Source of the DNA: an uncultured delta proteobacterium
GTDB taxonomy: Bacteria; Myxococcota; Kuafuiibacteriia; Kuafuiibacteriales; Kuafuiibacteriaceae
DNA length: 64,000 nt
Direction of reading: 5' to 3'
NCBI GenBank assembly: GCA_963803435.1
Contig: CAWDML010000003.1
Span: forward strand, 160,001 to 224,000
The notes under the pieces were generated by a model. It worked only from the letters and a program-made list of their open reading frames with translations, did not search any database and was not told the origin of the DNA. The position numbers and the translations under genes are program-made. This document shows, piece after piece, positions 63,986-64,000 of the stretch; within the stretch, counting starts at the first letter, position 1; each line of letters opens with the position of its first letter.

Positions 63986-64000
63986 GGCCCGCGATGTCTC

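Overview
GC-rich (roughly 70%) bacterial chromosomal window with a Myxococcota/deltaproteobacterial gene set: Hanks kinases with PEGA domains, a PP2C phosphatase, an MXAN_5187-like protein, DUF4388 and a nuoE-F-J-K arrangement. It is mostly housekeeping (recN end, secA, nadD, rpsB-tsf, thiD, dusA, nuoEFJK, fabG/fabD/fabH, rpmF, yceD). It also holds a MoxR-DUF58-transglutaminase operon, a TatT-type TRAP (TPAT) transporter, an NTT-HEAT-cNMP fusion and a 1089-aa multiheme cytochrome c lipoprotein. No rRNA, tRNA or CRISPR array was seen. The most unusual signal is a family of dispersed inverted-repeat ends (TNA|GRRCCGRTYC, usually followed by a ~60-bp leader with ~7-nt periodicity). It occurs at four sites, all at convergent gene junctions. 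Two sites carry the identical-looking start of a four-helix-bundle gene (MKGDDIAxRLL) next to IS5 or IS1182 remnants, which suggests a mobile cassette that carries four-helix-bundle genes. About ten frameshifts break otherwise intact genes. Five of them are the same GATC->GATTC insertion, which suggests motif-specific (methylation-linked) basecalling error. All assignments come from motif recognition by eye; no database searches were run.
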